Shown: positions 25,378 to 33,230 of the stretch, piece after piece
Numbering within the stretch: position 1 is the stretch's first letter
Layout: every line of letters starts with the position of its first letter
Assembly: GCA_040753085.1 (NCBI GenBank)
Contig: JBFMHI010000001.1
Coordinates: 1-63,286, forward strand
Length of the DNA stretch: 63,286 nucleotides
Direction of reading: 5' to 3'
Source of the DNA: a bacterium
Lineage (GTDB): Bacteria; UBA9089; JASEGY01
Notes under the pieces: generated by a model
The model's database searches: none
Seen by the model: only the letters and a program-made list of their open reading frames with translations
Told to the model about the DNA's origin: nothing
Program-made: the position numbers and the translations under genes

Positions 25378-27942
25378 TCAGACCACGATATTTACTATCT
25401 TCTTAGGCACATAGATCAATTTTCTTATTTCTTGGCCTGAAATAAAGCGGGCTACATTTTCATCAGCCAGGGCAGCGGCCTTGATCTCTTCTTCAGAGGC
25501 ATCAGCTCTAACCTTGATTTTCCCTCTCAACTTGCCCTTGACCTGAACAATAATCAGTATCTCTTCTTCAACTATCACCGCCGGATCAAACTGGGGCCAG
25601 GGTTGTTGGAGCACACTGGGCCGGTGGCCTATTCTTTCCCATAGATCTTCAGCCAGATGTGGGGCAAAGGGAGAGAGAAGCAGGATAATAGCCTCTATGG
25701 TCTCCTTGAATACAGCCGAATTGATTGACTCGACCTGGTAGACCTCATTAACCAATTCCATAATAGCCGCAATAGCCGTGTTAAATTGAAAGCGCCGACT
25801 AATATCTTCACTTACCCGTTTAATCGTTTGGTGAGTAAATCTATGCAGCCTTTGTTCGGTGGGGCTAAGTTGATCAGGAAGGGAGACGGCTGCTTCTCTG
25901 AGGAGCTTGAGATTAGAGTCAACTAACCGATTTACCCTCCTTAAAAACCGGAAGGCCCCTTCTACTCCCCGGTCACTCCAATCGAGGTCACGCTCCGGAG
26001 GGGAGGCAAATAAGATAAAGACCCTGACTGTATCAGCCCCGTATTTTTCAATAATATCTCCCGGGTCTACCACATTGCCTTTTGATTTAGACATCTTGGC
26101 CCCATCCTTGATGACCATGCCCTGCGTGAGTAGATTGGTAAAAGGTTCCTTGGGGGTCAAGAGTTTTAAGTCGTACATAACCTTGGTGAAGAAGCGGGCA
26201 TAGAGAAGATGAAGAATGGCATGTTCTATGCCGCCGATGTATTGATCCACCGGAAGCCAGTAGTTAGCCTTAGTTCGATCAAAGGGCACCTTAGTCTGGT
26301 GCGGATCGACAAACCTGGCAAAATACCAGGATGAATCAACAAAGGTGTCCATTGTATCGGTCTCTCTTTTGGCCGGGCCGCCACATTGAGGGCACTCCGT
26401 TTGAACAAAGTCGTCTATTTTATAAAGATGGGATTGAGCCTCTTCATATATATTAAGGTCGGGCAACTTGACGGGTAGATCCTCCTCCGGCACCGGCACT
26501 GGGCCACACTTCGGACAGTAGATAATGGGTATGGGTGTGCCCCAGTATCTCTGTCTGGAGACAAGCCAATCCCGGAGACGGTAATGGATGGTGGCCTTAC
26601 CCATACCTTCGGACTCCATCCAGTCAATAATGGCCCCGATGGCTTCCTTACTGGGCATCCCATCAAATTGGGCCGAATTAACCAAAAATCCCGCTTCTTC
26701 ATAAGCCTCTTTCATGCTATCTACTGACAGCTCCTGCCCCGAGGGCTGGATAACTACCCGCATGGGAAGGTGGTGGGCTTTGGCAAATTCAAAATCCCTC
26801 TGATCGTGGGTAGGCACCGCCATAATAGCCCCAGTGCCATATTCCATCAGGACATAGTTGGCCACCCAGATAGGTATTTCCTCACCATTAACCGGGTTAA
26901 GAGCGGTTCGACCCGTGAGTATGCCTTCTTTGGAAAGTTCTATCTCGGCCGGATCACGTCCTTTCCAGCGGTCAACAAATTCCCATACTTTTTTTTCCGT
27001 AGGGAGTCCTTTGATTAATTGAGGCAGCAGGGGGTGTAGGGGGGCCAGAACCACGTAGGTGGCTCCAAAGATGGTATCCGGACGGGTGGTAAAGACAGGG
27101 ATTTCTGAAGACGGAAGGCGGATGTCGCACCCACTTCGTGGGTACCCGGGCTGGTCAACGACTTTGAAATAGATCTCCACGCCCTTACTTTTACCGATCC
27201 AGTTCTGCTGCATCGTCAGGACCCTCTCCGGCCAATCACCCAGCAGAGAGTGGTCTTCTAATAGGGCATCGGCATAAGCCGTGATCTTAAAAAACCACTG
27301 AGCCAGTTGACGCTGGGTAACCGCCGAGTCGCATCGCCAGCAGAGACCTCCGATCACCTGTTCATTGGCCAAAACCGTTAAGCAGCTCGGACACCAGTTA
27401 ACCGCGGCTTCTTTTCGGTAAACCAGCCCTCGCTCGTAGAATTTCAGGAAAAACCACTGATTCCAGCGGTAGTAATCTTCCCCGCAGGTAGCGATCTCAC
27501 AATCCCAATCGTAAGCAAACCCCAGACGCTGCAACTGATTACTCATATAGTTAATATTTTCAATGGTCCATTTAGCCGGCCGGAGGCGTTGATCCAGGGC
27601 AGCATTTTCAGCCGGCAGGCCAAAGGCATCCCAACCCATCGGATGAAGGACATTATAGCCCTGCATAATCTTGAATCTGGCCAGGGCATCTCCGATAGTA
27701 TAATTTCGCACATGGCCCATGTGGATGCGGCCCGAAGGGTAGGGAAACATCTCCAGGCAATAATACTTGGGTTTATCAGGATCAACTTTCGTCTTAAAGA
27801 GTCCCTGTTTCTCCCAATATCTCTGCCATTTGGTCTCAATTTCCTCAAAGGGGTAGTCCTTACCCATTTCGGATTTCGGATTTCGGATTTCGGATTTCGC
27901 ACCCACTTCGTGGGTACCCGGGATTTCGGATTCTAAATTCAT
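25378..27942 (-). CDS. leuS: leucyl-tRNA synthetase
   Basis: PYPSGRIHMGHVRNY (HIGH region), VFTTRPDTIFGATY and KMSKSKGN. The start at 27942 has GAGAGG 8 nt upstream. An alternative ATG at 27867 would skip the repeat-encoded N-terminus. Confidence 0.93.
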   Translation of the reverse strand: MNLESEIPGTHEVGAKSEIRNPKSEMGKDYPFEEIETKWQRYWEKQGLFKTKVDPDKPKYYCLEMFPYPSGRIHMGHVRNYTIGDALARFKIMQGYNVLHPMGWDAFGLPAENAALDQRLRPAKWTIENINYMSNQLQRLGFAYDWDCEIATCGEDYYRWNQWFFLKFYERGLVYRKEAAVNWCPSCLTVLANEQVIGGLCWRCDSAVTQRQLAQWFFKITAYADALLEDHSLLGDWPERVLTMQQNWIGKSKGVEIYFKVVDQPGYPRSGCDIRLPSSEIPVFTTRPDTIFGATYVVLAPLHPLLPQLIKGLPTEKKVWEFVDRWKGRDPAEIELSKEGILTGRTALNPVNGEEIPIWVANYVLMEYGTGAIMAVPTHDQRDFEFAKAHHLPMRVVIQPSGQELSVDSMKEAYEEAGFLVNSAQFDGMPSKEAIGAIIDWMESEGMGKATIHYRLRDWLVSRQRYWGTPIPIIYCPKCGPVPVPEEDLPVKLPDLNIYEEAQSHLYKIDDFVQTECPQCGGPAKRETDTMDTFVDSSWYFARFVDPHQTKVPFDRTKANYWLPVDQYIGGIEHAILHLLYARFFTKVMYDLKLLTPKEPFTNLLTQGMVIKDGAKMSKSKGNVVDPGDIIEKYGADTVRVFILFASPPERDLDWSDRGVEGAFRFLRRVNRLVDSNLKLLREAAVSLPDQLSPTEQRLHRFTHQTIKRVSEDISRRFQFNTAIAAIMELVNEVYQVESINSAVFKETIEAIILLLSPFAPHLAEDLWERIGHRPSVLQQPWPQFDPAVIVEEEILIIVQVKGKLRGKIKVRADASEEEIKAAALADENVARFISGQEIRKLIYVPKKIVNIVV
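27101..27150. repeat. intragenic palindromic element, copy E (inside leuS)
   Basis: ATTTCTGAAGACGGAAGGCGGATGTC followed by GCACCCACTTCGTGGGTACCCGGG. Read as QPGYPRSGCDIRLPSSE immediately before VFTTRPDT. Confidence 0.85.
27866..27933. repeat. intragenic palindromic element, copy F (leuS 5' end)
   Basis: (ATTTCGG)n followed by GCACCCACTTCGTGGGTACCCGGG and ATTTCGGATTC. Read as SEIPGTHEVGAKSEIRNPKSE. Confidence 0.85.
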
Positions 27943-27953
27943 TTTTAGCCTCT

Positions 27954-28676
27954 CTATGCTTCGCCACTCGCTTTTTCCAGGATCTCGATTAATTCTTGAG
28001 CCAAGTTTATTACTTTTTGAGCCTTATCTTTATCAATCTCGGCATGCCAGTCATATCTGGCTTTGTTTCTTTGTTCCAGACTATTATTCAAGTTTCGTCC
28101 CAAATGAGGTGGCAATATCCCCGTTTTGACGTATATCTCTCCAAACCGACCGACAACACCACCGTGAGATTGAGGCAATATATCCTGTTTTAATAAAATT
28201 AGTCCCTTGACTACGAGTTCAGCGCTATTATAAGAAAGGTCTACACATGCCCGATATTGACCTTCATGTAAGTTGACCTCCGCCGAACGTAGATACTCTT
28301 TAGCCAGTTCCAATAAATTAAAGGCTTCCTTTTTCTTTAATTCTTCTCTTTCCATCTGATAAATCTCCTTCCCATAACGAGTAGCCGAATAGAGAAAGTA
28401 TGAAGGCGGATGTCTATATTCCTCTATACAGTAAACCAGCGGTTCAATGCTTTCCTTATATTCGATGGCCAGATCAAAGGAAATTTCATGGCATAGCTCT
28501 TGAATCGTTCTTAGGCGATCCGTTCCGATTACAATCAGATCAATATCGCTCCCTTCATCTTCTTCCCCTCTGGCTACACTGCCAAATAGATATATCCCGG
28601 CTACCGAAGAAGCAATAGGGTTATCTAATATTTTAGTAGTAAAGGCCTTTAGGGCCAGATGCTTATTGGAAATCAT
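27954..28676 (-). CDS. fused nucleotidyltransferase-HEPN protein
   Basis: N-terminal LFGSVARGEEDEGSDIDLIVIG. The C-terminal HEPN-like helices are LELAKEYLRSAEVNLHEGQYRACVDLSYNSAELVVKGL...SHGGVVGRF. Confidence 0.7.
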   Translation of the reverse strand: MISNKHLALKAFTTKILDNPIASSVAGIYLFGSVARGEEDEGSDIDLIVIGTDRLRTIQELCHEISFDLAIEYKESIEPLVYCIEEYRHPPSYFLYSATRYGKEIYQMEREELKKKEAFNLLELAKEYLRSAEVNLHEGQYRACVDLSYNSAELVVKGLILLKQDILPQSHGGVVGRFGEIYVKTGILPPHLGRNLNNSLEQRNKARYDWHAEIDKDKAQKVINLAQELIEILEKASGEA

Positions 28677-28692
28677 CGCACCACCTGAAATC

Positions 28693-28864
28693 GTAACTAC
28701 TCAGCCCTCATTGGGAACACCTATCAGGTCATTTGACTCCCGGATATATTTGAGAAAAAATTGTTAAATTCAACCTTTTCCCTTCCAAAATTGATAAGTA
28801 AGCCCACTCCTTTTTTGTTGCTTTTAATTATTTTATCCGTGTTAATCCGTGGCTGAATAGTTAC
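28693..28864. mobile_element. family A MITE-like composite (no clean TSD)
   Basis: GTAACTACTCAGCC at the left and GGCTGAATAGTTAC at the right. The interior shares CTCATTGGGAACAC with 51990-52015. Flanks do not match, so it is probably composite or rearranged. Confidence 0.5.
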
Positions 28865-29050
28865 ATCATAATATAATACCTTTCCCCTGTCAAGGTGTTT
28901 TTTCACTAACGGCGAATAATCAAGGTCTGATAGAGGATAGTGATGAGAATAGAATATTTTAATTTAAAGAAAAAAGGCTATATTAGTATTTAAATAGACG
29001 GAATAATAAGCTAATTGCTTATAACGTCCATATTTCTTTTGAAATATCCT

Positions 29051-29078
29051 TAAATAAATCTATGCTTTTGGTCGATAA
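29051..29078 (+). promoter_or_regulatory. sigma28 (FliA)-like promoter candidate TAAA-N16-GTCGATAA
   Basis: TAAA at 29051-29054 and GTCGATAA at 29071-29078. The spacer is one nt longer than the TAAA-N15-GCCGATAA consensus. Confidence 0.3.
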
Positions 29079-29085
29079 GATAAAT

Positions 29086-29332
29086 AGAACGTAACGGGAA
29101 AATGTAAGTTGGTCACCTTGAAATGGGGAAAATCAAGAGACCAGCTTAAGGCGTAAGGAATAAAAAACAAGAAAATAAAACTGGGAGGTGATAAATAGGC
29201 AGACAGGGATGTGACTTTACTTACTTAGTCTCCTGTCAGGGATGACGAGAGAAGGGACTAAGTAAATTATTTGGAGGAGGATAATATAGGCCTATCCAAT
29301 AAGGGTACACACCCTGTTGGGTAGGCTTTTTT
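29086..29332 (+). ncRNA. candidate GGA-rich small RNA or leader-attenuator ending at an intrinsic terminator
   Basis: At least eight GGA motifs (CTGGGAGGTG, ACAGGGATG, TCAGGGATG in a hairpin loop, TTGGAGGAGGAT and others) followed by the terminator at 29290-29332. No plus-strand CDS lies upstream. Confidence 0.3.
29290..29332 (+). terminator. Rho-independent terminator with no upstream CDS
   Basis: GCCTATCCAA...TTGGGTAGGC outer stem, AGGGT/ACCCT inner stem, then TTTTTT. Confidence 0.75.
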
Positions 29333-29676
29333 ATTAACTACTTGGTTTGTGTCTGTCTCCGCGCCGGTTGACAGCTTATGAACTAAATTTAGAAAGGAGG
29401 TGTTAAGAACCGGAAATTTGGAGGGGAATCTATCTATTGATCTATGAGGAATAATAAATTCCTGGCTGGAAAACTTTACCCTTAATCTTCAAATTCCTTT
29501 TTCTTAAGGACCGTCTCCTTTAATGTGTTAGCCTCTATTATTATTATCGGAGATAAAGGGGATTTTATTTAGACATTTTTTAAAGGTTGATATATTTTTA
29601 ATAATTAATTCTTAATTCTATCAGCCAGGCCCCTGGACAGGGAGGACCAGGGAAACATCAGGGAGGATGAGAAATA

Positions 29677-31638
29677 ATGAGAATAATGCATAATATTAGT
29701 GCCATCTTTGCCCAACGGCATTTGCGGATTACTAATGAAATGATAAATGAAAATATAGAAAAGTTATCCAGCGGTTACCGGATCAATCGGGCGGCTGACG
29801 ATGCGGCTGGGCTGGCGGTTTCAGAAAAGTTTCGTTCTCAGATAAATGGCCTTGATCAAGGCCTTAGAAACACTATGGATGGGATATCGGTCGTCCAAAC
29901 TGCCGAAGCCGGACTGGAAGAAGTCCACAAGATGCTTCAGCGGATGAGAGTTCTATCCGTGCAGGTGGCTAATGGGAGCTACACTGACGACGACAGAAGC
30001 ATGGTGCAGGTAGAGGTCGATCAAATACTGGATGAGATTGACCGGATGGCCGAGTCGGTCCAGTTTAATACCTTAAAATTATTTACTGGTAATTTTTCAA
30101 AGGACTCACCTTACCCACTGACTCAGAATGCCAGCCAGAGGGAGGTCGTGAAAGGAACAGCCCGGATAGACCTCAATGCCCGTTTTTCTACGGCCGGTTT
30201 TGATGGGGGCACCCCCAATGGCGCCATCATCGTTAATGGGGTCACCTTTTCTTTAGCCGATTATTCCTCGGTTAGAGAATTTATCGAGGCCGTTAATGCC
30301 TCCCAGGAGGCCGGCGTAACCTTAGAATACGATAAGAGTGCTGATAAATTTATCTTCCAGAGCAAGGAAATCGAGGAGAACCTGACTCTCATAGAAAAGC
30401 CGGTCACAGAGGGACATGGGTTCCTGACTATGGCCAAGATCGAGTCAGGCACGACCCCGGCCATCTTTGACCACGCCGCTACGGCCATCACCCGCTATCA
30501 AGCCGCCCTCGCCGGAACAGATGCCGACTACATAACCAATAACAACATTATCGACATTACTAAGCCTTTTTCCTCGGCCGGGTTTGATCTCTCAGTTACC
30601 GGAACGGTAACGGTTAACGGAGAAAAATTCAGCATTGCCAAATACAGTAGTGTCTTGCAATTTATGAAGGCCATCAATGAGTCTGAAAGGGCCGATGCCA
30701 CTATCCGTTATGATGCCGAGACCGATCAGTTTACTATCCGCACAGATACGCCGGGTCAGGATCTTCGCTTAGAGGAAACCACCTCTGCCGGGACAGCCGA
30801 CGAGGTTGGATTCTTTACCGCCGTAGGCATACAACCCCTCCTTTACCTTGCCCCCAGTCTGACCGCCGCAAAAACGAGCACGGAAAGGGTCAAGCTTGAT
30901 GGAACCTATGTTGATGTAGATAAAGGATTTGCCGCTGACAACTTCCGAGGAAAAGATATCGGAGGGGTGGCCATCATTAATGGTCAAATCTTCTCTATAG
31001 CCGATTACAAAACCGTTCAGGAGTTTATAGACGAGGTCAATAGGAATGAGGCGGCTGATGTAACCATGACCTATGATAAGAGCACTGATCAATTTATTAT
31101 CAGAAGAGATACGCCTGGTGAGAATCTTAGACTTGCCGAGGTGGCTTCCTCGGCAGGCAGCACCTTCTTCAAGGAAATCAATATGGCCATCGGGACAACT
31201 AAACCGGCTGTGCCTGATGGCTTTGAGGAATGGCAAGGGAGTCTGGTGCTTCACGTGGGGGCTAATAAAAATGAGACCTTCAGTGTGCATATTCAGACTA
31301 TGACCACGGCGGGGCTGAAAATCGATATGTTGAAGGAGCTTGGGTTAACTACCAGAGAGAGGGCGGAGAGCGCTATCAAAAAATTCCAGAAGGCGATTGA
31401 TCAGGTTTCGGTTCTGCGGTCCAATTTAGGCGCCTATCAAAACCGACTAGAACACACCTTGAACTTTGTGGAAATAGCCCATGAGGAAATGACTGCTTCG
31501 GAAGCCAGGATTCGTGATCTTGATATGGCCAGCGAGACATCGCTTTTTACCCGAAACCAGATATTGGCTCAAGCTGGAACGGCTATGTTGGCTCAGGCCA
31601 ATCTGATGCCTCAGAGTGTCTTACAGTTGTTAAGCTAA
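29677..31638 (+). CDS. giant flagellin paralogue 1 (653 aa) with three IN-motif-like internal repeats
   Basis: N-terminal MRIMHNISA...LSSGYRINRAADDAAGLAVSEK. C-terminal LGAYQNRLEHT...RIRDLDMASE...ILAQAGTAMLAQAN. The central unit INGxxFSxADYxxVxEFxxAVNxxxxAxVTxxYDxxxDxF occurs three times. Confidence 0.9.
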   Translation: MRIMHNISAIFAQRHLRITNEMINENIEKLSSGYRINRAADDAAGLAVSEKFRSQINGLDQGLRNTMDGISVVQTAEAGLEEVHKMLQRMRVLSVQVANGSYTDDDRSMVQVEVDQILDEIDRMAESVQFNTLKLFTGNFSKDSPYPLTQNASQREVVKGTARIDLNARFSTAGFDGGTPNGAIIVNGVTFSLADYSSVREFIEAVNASQEAGVTLEYDKSADKFIFQSKEIEENLTLIEKPVTEGHGFLTMAKIESGTTPAIFDHAATAITRYQAALAGTDADYITNNNIIDITKPFSSAGFDLSVTGTVTVNGEKFSIAKYSSVLQFMKAINESERADATIRYDAETDQFTIRTDTPGQDLRLEETTSAGTADEVGFFTAVGIQPLLYLAPSLTAAKTSTERVKLDGTYVDVDKGFAADNFRGKDIGGVAIINGQIFSIADYKTVQEFIDEVNRNEAADVTMTYDKSTDQFIIRRDTPGENLRLAEVASSAGSTFFKEINMAIGTTKPAVPDGFEEWQGSLVLHVGANKNETFSVHIQTMTTAGLKIDMLKELGLTTRERAESAIKKFQKAIDQVSVLRSNLGAYQNRLEHTLNFVEIAHEEMTASEARIRDLDMASETSLFTRNQILAQAGTAMLAQANLMPQSVLQLLS

Positions 31639-31640
31639 TA

Positions 31641-31827
31641 CCTCGATCCTCGATGCTCGATACTCGATGCTGGATGCTCGATGCTCGATACTCGATGCTC
31701 GATACTCGATGCTCGATCCTCGATGCTCGATGCTTGATGCTGGATGCTCGATGTGGATGCTCGATGCTCGAGGCTGGATGCTCGATGCTGGAGGCTGGAT
31801 GCTCGAGGCTGGATGCTGGATGCTGGA
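31641..31827. repeat. CTCGATG-type array (left arm of a composite element)
   Basis: Starts 3 nt after the flagellin stop. Phantom ORFs lie on both strands. Confidence 0.9.
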
Positions 31828-32198
31828 TCAGGGCAATCGCATCAAATTTATCGACCTGTCCGGTTAGAATCTTTCGTTGTAACCGTTCAGGTATAGCTGC
31901 ACGGATTAGCACGGATAAATAACACAGGACAGAAGGCGGAAGTGTAGGGACAGGGCTTGTCCCTGTCCGTGCTTGTCCATGTCCGTTCCGTAGACGGACA
32001 ACCACAAGGGTTGTCCCTACAGCCTAAGGACAGACCCGAATCACGGACACGGCTCACGGATTTTCCGTGTTTCATCTGTGTGCATCTGTGGCTGAACGGT
32101 TACCTTTCATTTAAAACCGCTAAAGCGGTTACGGTTTACTATTATGTTGTCTTTGTTCGCATCACCCCGATAAATCAGGGTGCTAATCTCAATAAACA
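31828..32198. mobile_element. element X carrying a nested family A MITE (filled site)
   Basis: The sequences outside 31879-32102 are collinear with the reverse complement of 40341-40478. Confidence 0.8.
31879..32102. mobile_element. MITE, family A long variant, nested in element X
   Basis: Termini are GTAACCGTTCAGG and GGCTGAACGGTTAC. The TSD is CTTTCGTT (31871-31878) and CTTTCATT (32103-32110). The uninterrupted target GAATCTTTCATTTAAA is seen in the other copy of X. Confidence 0.85.
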
Positions 32199-32247
32199 CG
32201 AGGATCGAGCCTCGAGCCTCGAGCCTCGAGCATCGAGTCTCGAGCTC
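32199..32247. repeat. CTCGATG-type array, inverted orientation (right arm)
   Basis: CGAGGATCGAGCCTCGAGCCTCGAGCCTCGAGCATCGAG... Confidence 0.85.
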
Positions 32248-32270
32248 AATAATCTCCGGCTGATAATTTT

Positions 32271-32332
32271 CAGCCACCGCTAGTGGACTTGGGAGTTTCA
32301 AGGAGGAATCCCGAGTTCAGTAGCGGTTGCTG
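32271..32332 (+). promoter_or_regulatory. leader hairpin H1 with an SD-mimic loop
   Basis: CAGCCACCGCTAGTG pairs with CAGTAGCGGTTGCTG. An inner stem CTTGGGA/TCCCGAG presents CAAGGAGGAA in the loop. Confidence 0.45.
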
Positions 32333-32759
32333 GAAGGGACTCAGCATCCCCGGTAATCGTCTTAATCAGGATAATAAAGAATAAGGTTCCGCGGATTTAT
32401 TTATTCCGAAGTTAAGACAGATTAATCTCCATAACTCGCCACAGGGCCGGACACTGTGAGCGAATTTAGATTAGGTAGTCTGGTTGGCCTGGTGGTTTGG
32501 TGTTTAAGGTGAGTGAACTAATTACCAGACGACCAGAGACCAGACAACCAACCAGGGATCAGACCCCCGGCAATCTCAACTCGGGGAATGGTAGCATGAG
32601 ATATATTGAGAATCGTTCTTTTTATATTCAGGGGGAGTGGCTTCCACTTTCCCCTGGTTCAATCACCAGGAAAGGAGGTTAATTTTTTAATCAAATCTGA
32701 TTCTACTTAATACTTAATAATAAATAAAATTGGGAGGGAACCGATACTTCAGCAACCGC

Positions 32760-32820
32760 TAGTGGGCTTGGTGCTTCAGGGAGGAACCCCGAGTTCAGTA
32801 GCGGTTGCTGGAGTGCCCCA
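32760..32820 (+). promoter_or_regulatory. leader hairpin H2 with an SD-mimic loop
   Basis: CAGCAACCGCTAGTG pairs with CAGTAGCGGTTGCTG (14 of 15 pairs). The loop shows CAGGGAGGAA, identical to the flagellin SD core. Confidence 0.45.
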
Positions 32821-33230
32821 TCAAGGTCCGGTATTAATCGAGATTCAGGTGATAGTGAGATATGTCCGGATTCAACTATTCCTGAATAACGGCGACATCT
32901 TCTAAAATTCCGACCGCAAATGGAGGATTGCCTCAGGAAAGGGAGAAGATGGTTGAGGCCGGCGGCAGTCCGATGGGCAGACGGAGGTTAATTGAGCCTG
33001 ACTATTCGTCGGCCGGTCGGCTGGTTAAAGGGGAGATACGGTAACCACAAGGAGAACACCTTGTAAAAAGGCCAATAATTCAGGGGTTGGGATCTTTAAG
33101 GTTAAATAATTTTATTTATCTTAAATTCCACAACCTCTGATCCCTACCCCCTGAATTTAGGTGCCCTCCAGCGCCAGGGACGGCGCGGAGAACAAATACC
33201 CAATAATAATCATCAGGGAGGGTGATTGAC

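Noticed and set aside
29455-29480. Sigma54-type promoter motifs (TGGC...N...TTGC) near 29461 and 35560 upstream of flagellins.
   Set aside because: The GG and GC elements are not at the required 10-nt spacing in either case.
31583-32301. ORFs 31583..32005(-), 31653..31922(+), 31667..31867(+), 31887..32075(-), 31957..32283(+) and 32107..32301(-) downstream of flagellin 1.
   Set aside because: They lie entirely in the CTCGATG arrays, element X and the nested MITE. The same sequences recur elsewhere in the window in non-coding contexts.
32636-32672. A possible tRNA T-arm (CCTGGTTCAATCACCAGG).
   Set aside because: The stem-loop has a 6-nt loop, and no acceptor, D or anticodon arms can be drawn around it. 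No tRNA genes were found in the window.
32497-32682. A 61-aa ORF in the flagellin 2 leader.
   Set aside because: Its 5' half is one arm of an ACCAGAC-type inverted repeat (GTAGTCTGGTTGGCCTGGTGG... paired with ...CCAGACGACCAGAGACCAGAC). Related sequence occurs at 12400-12460, 38100-38160 and 51750-51810. It has no convincing RBS.
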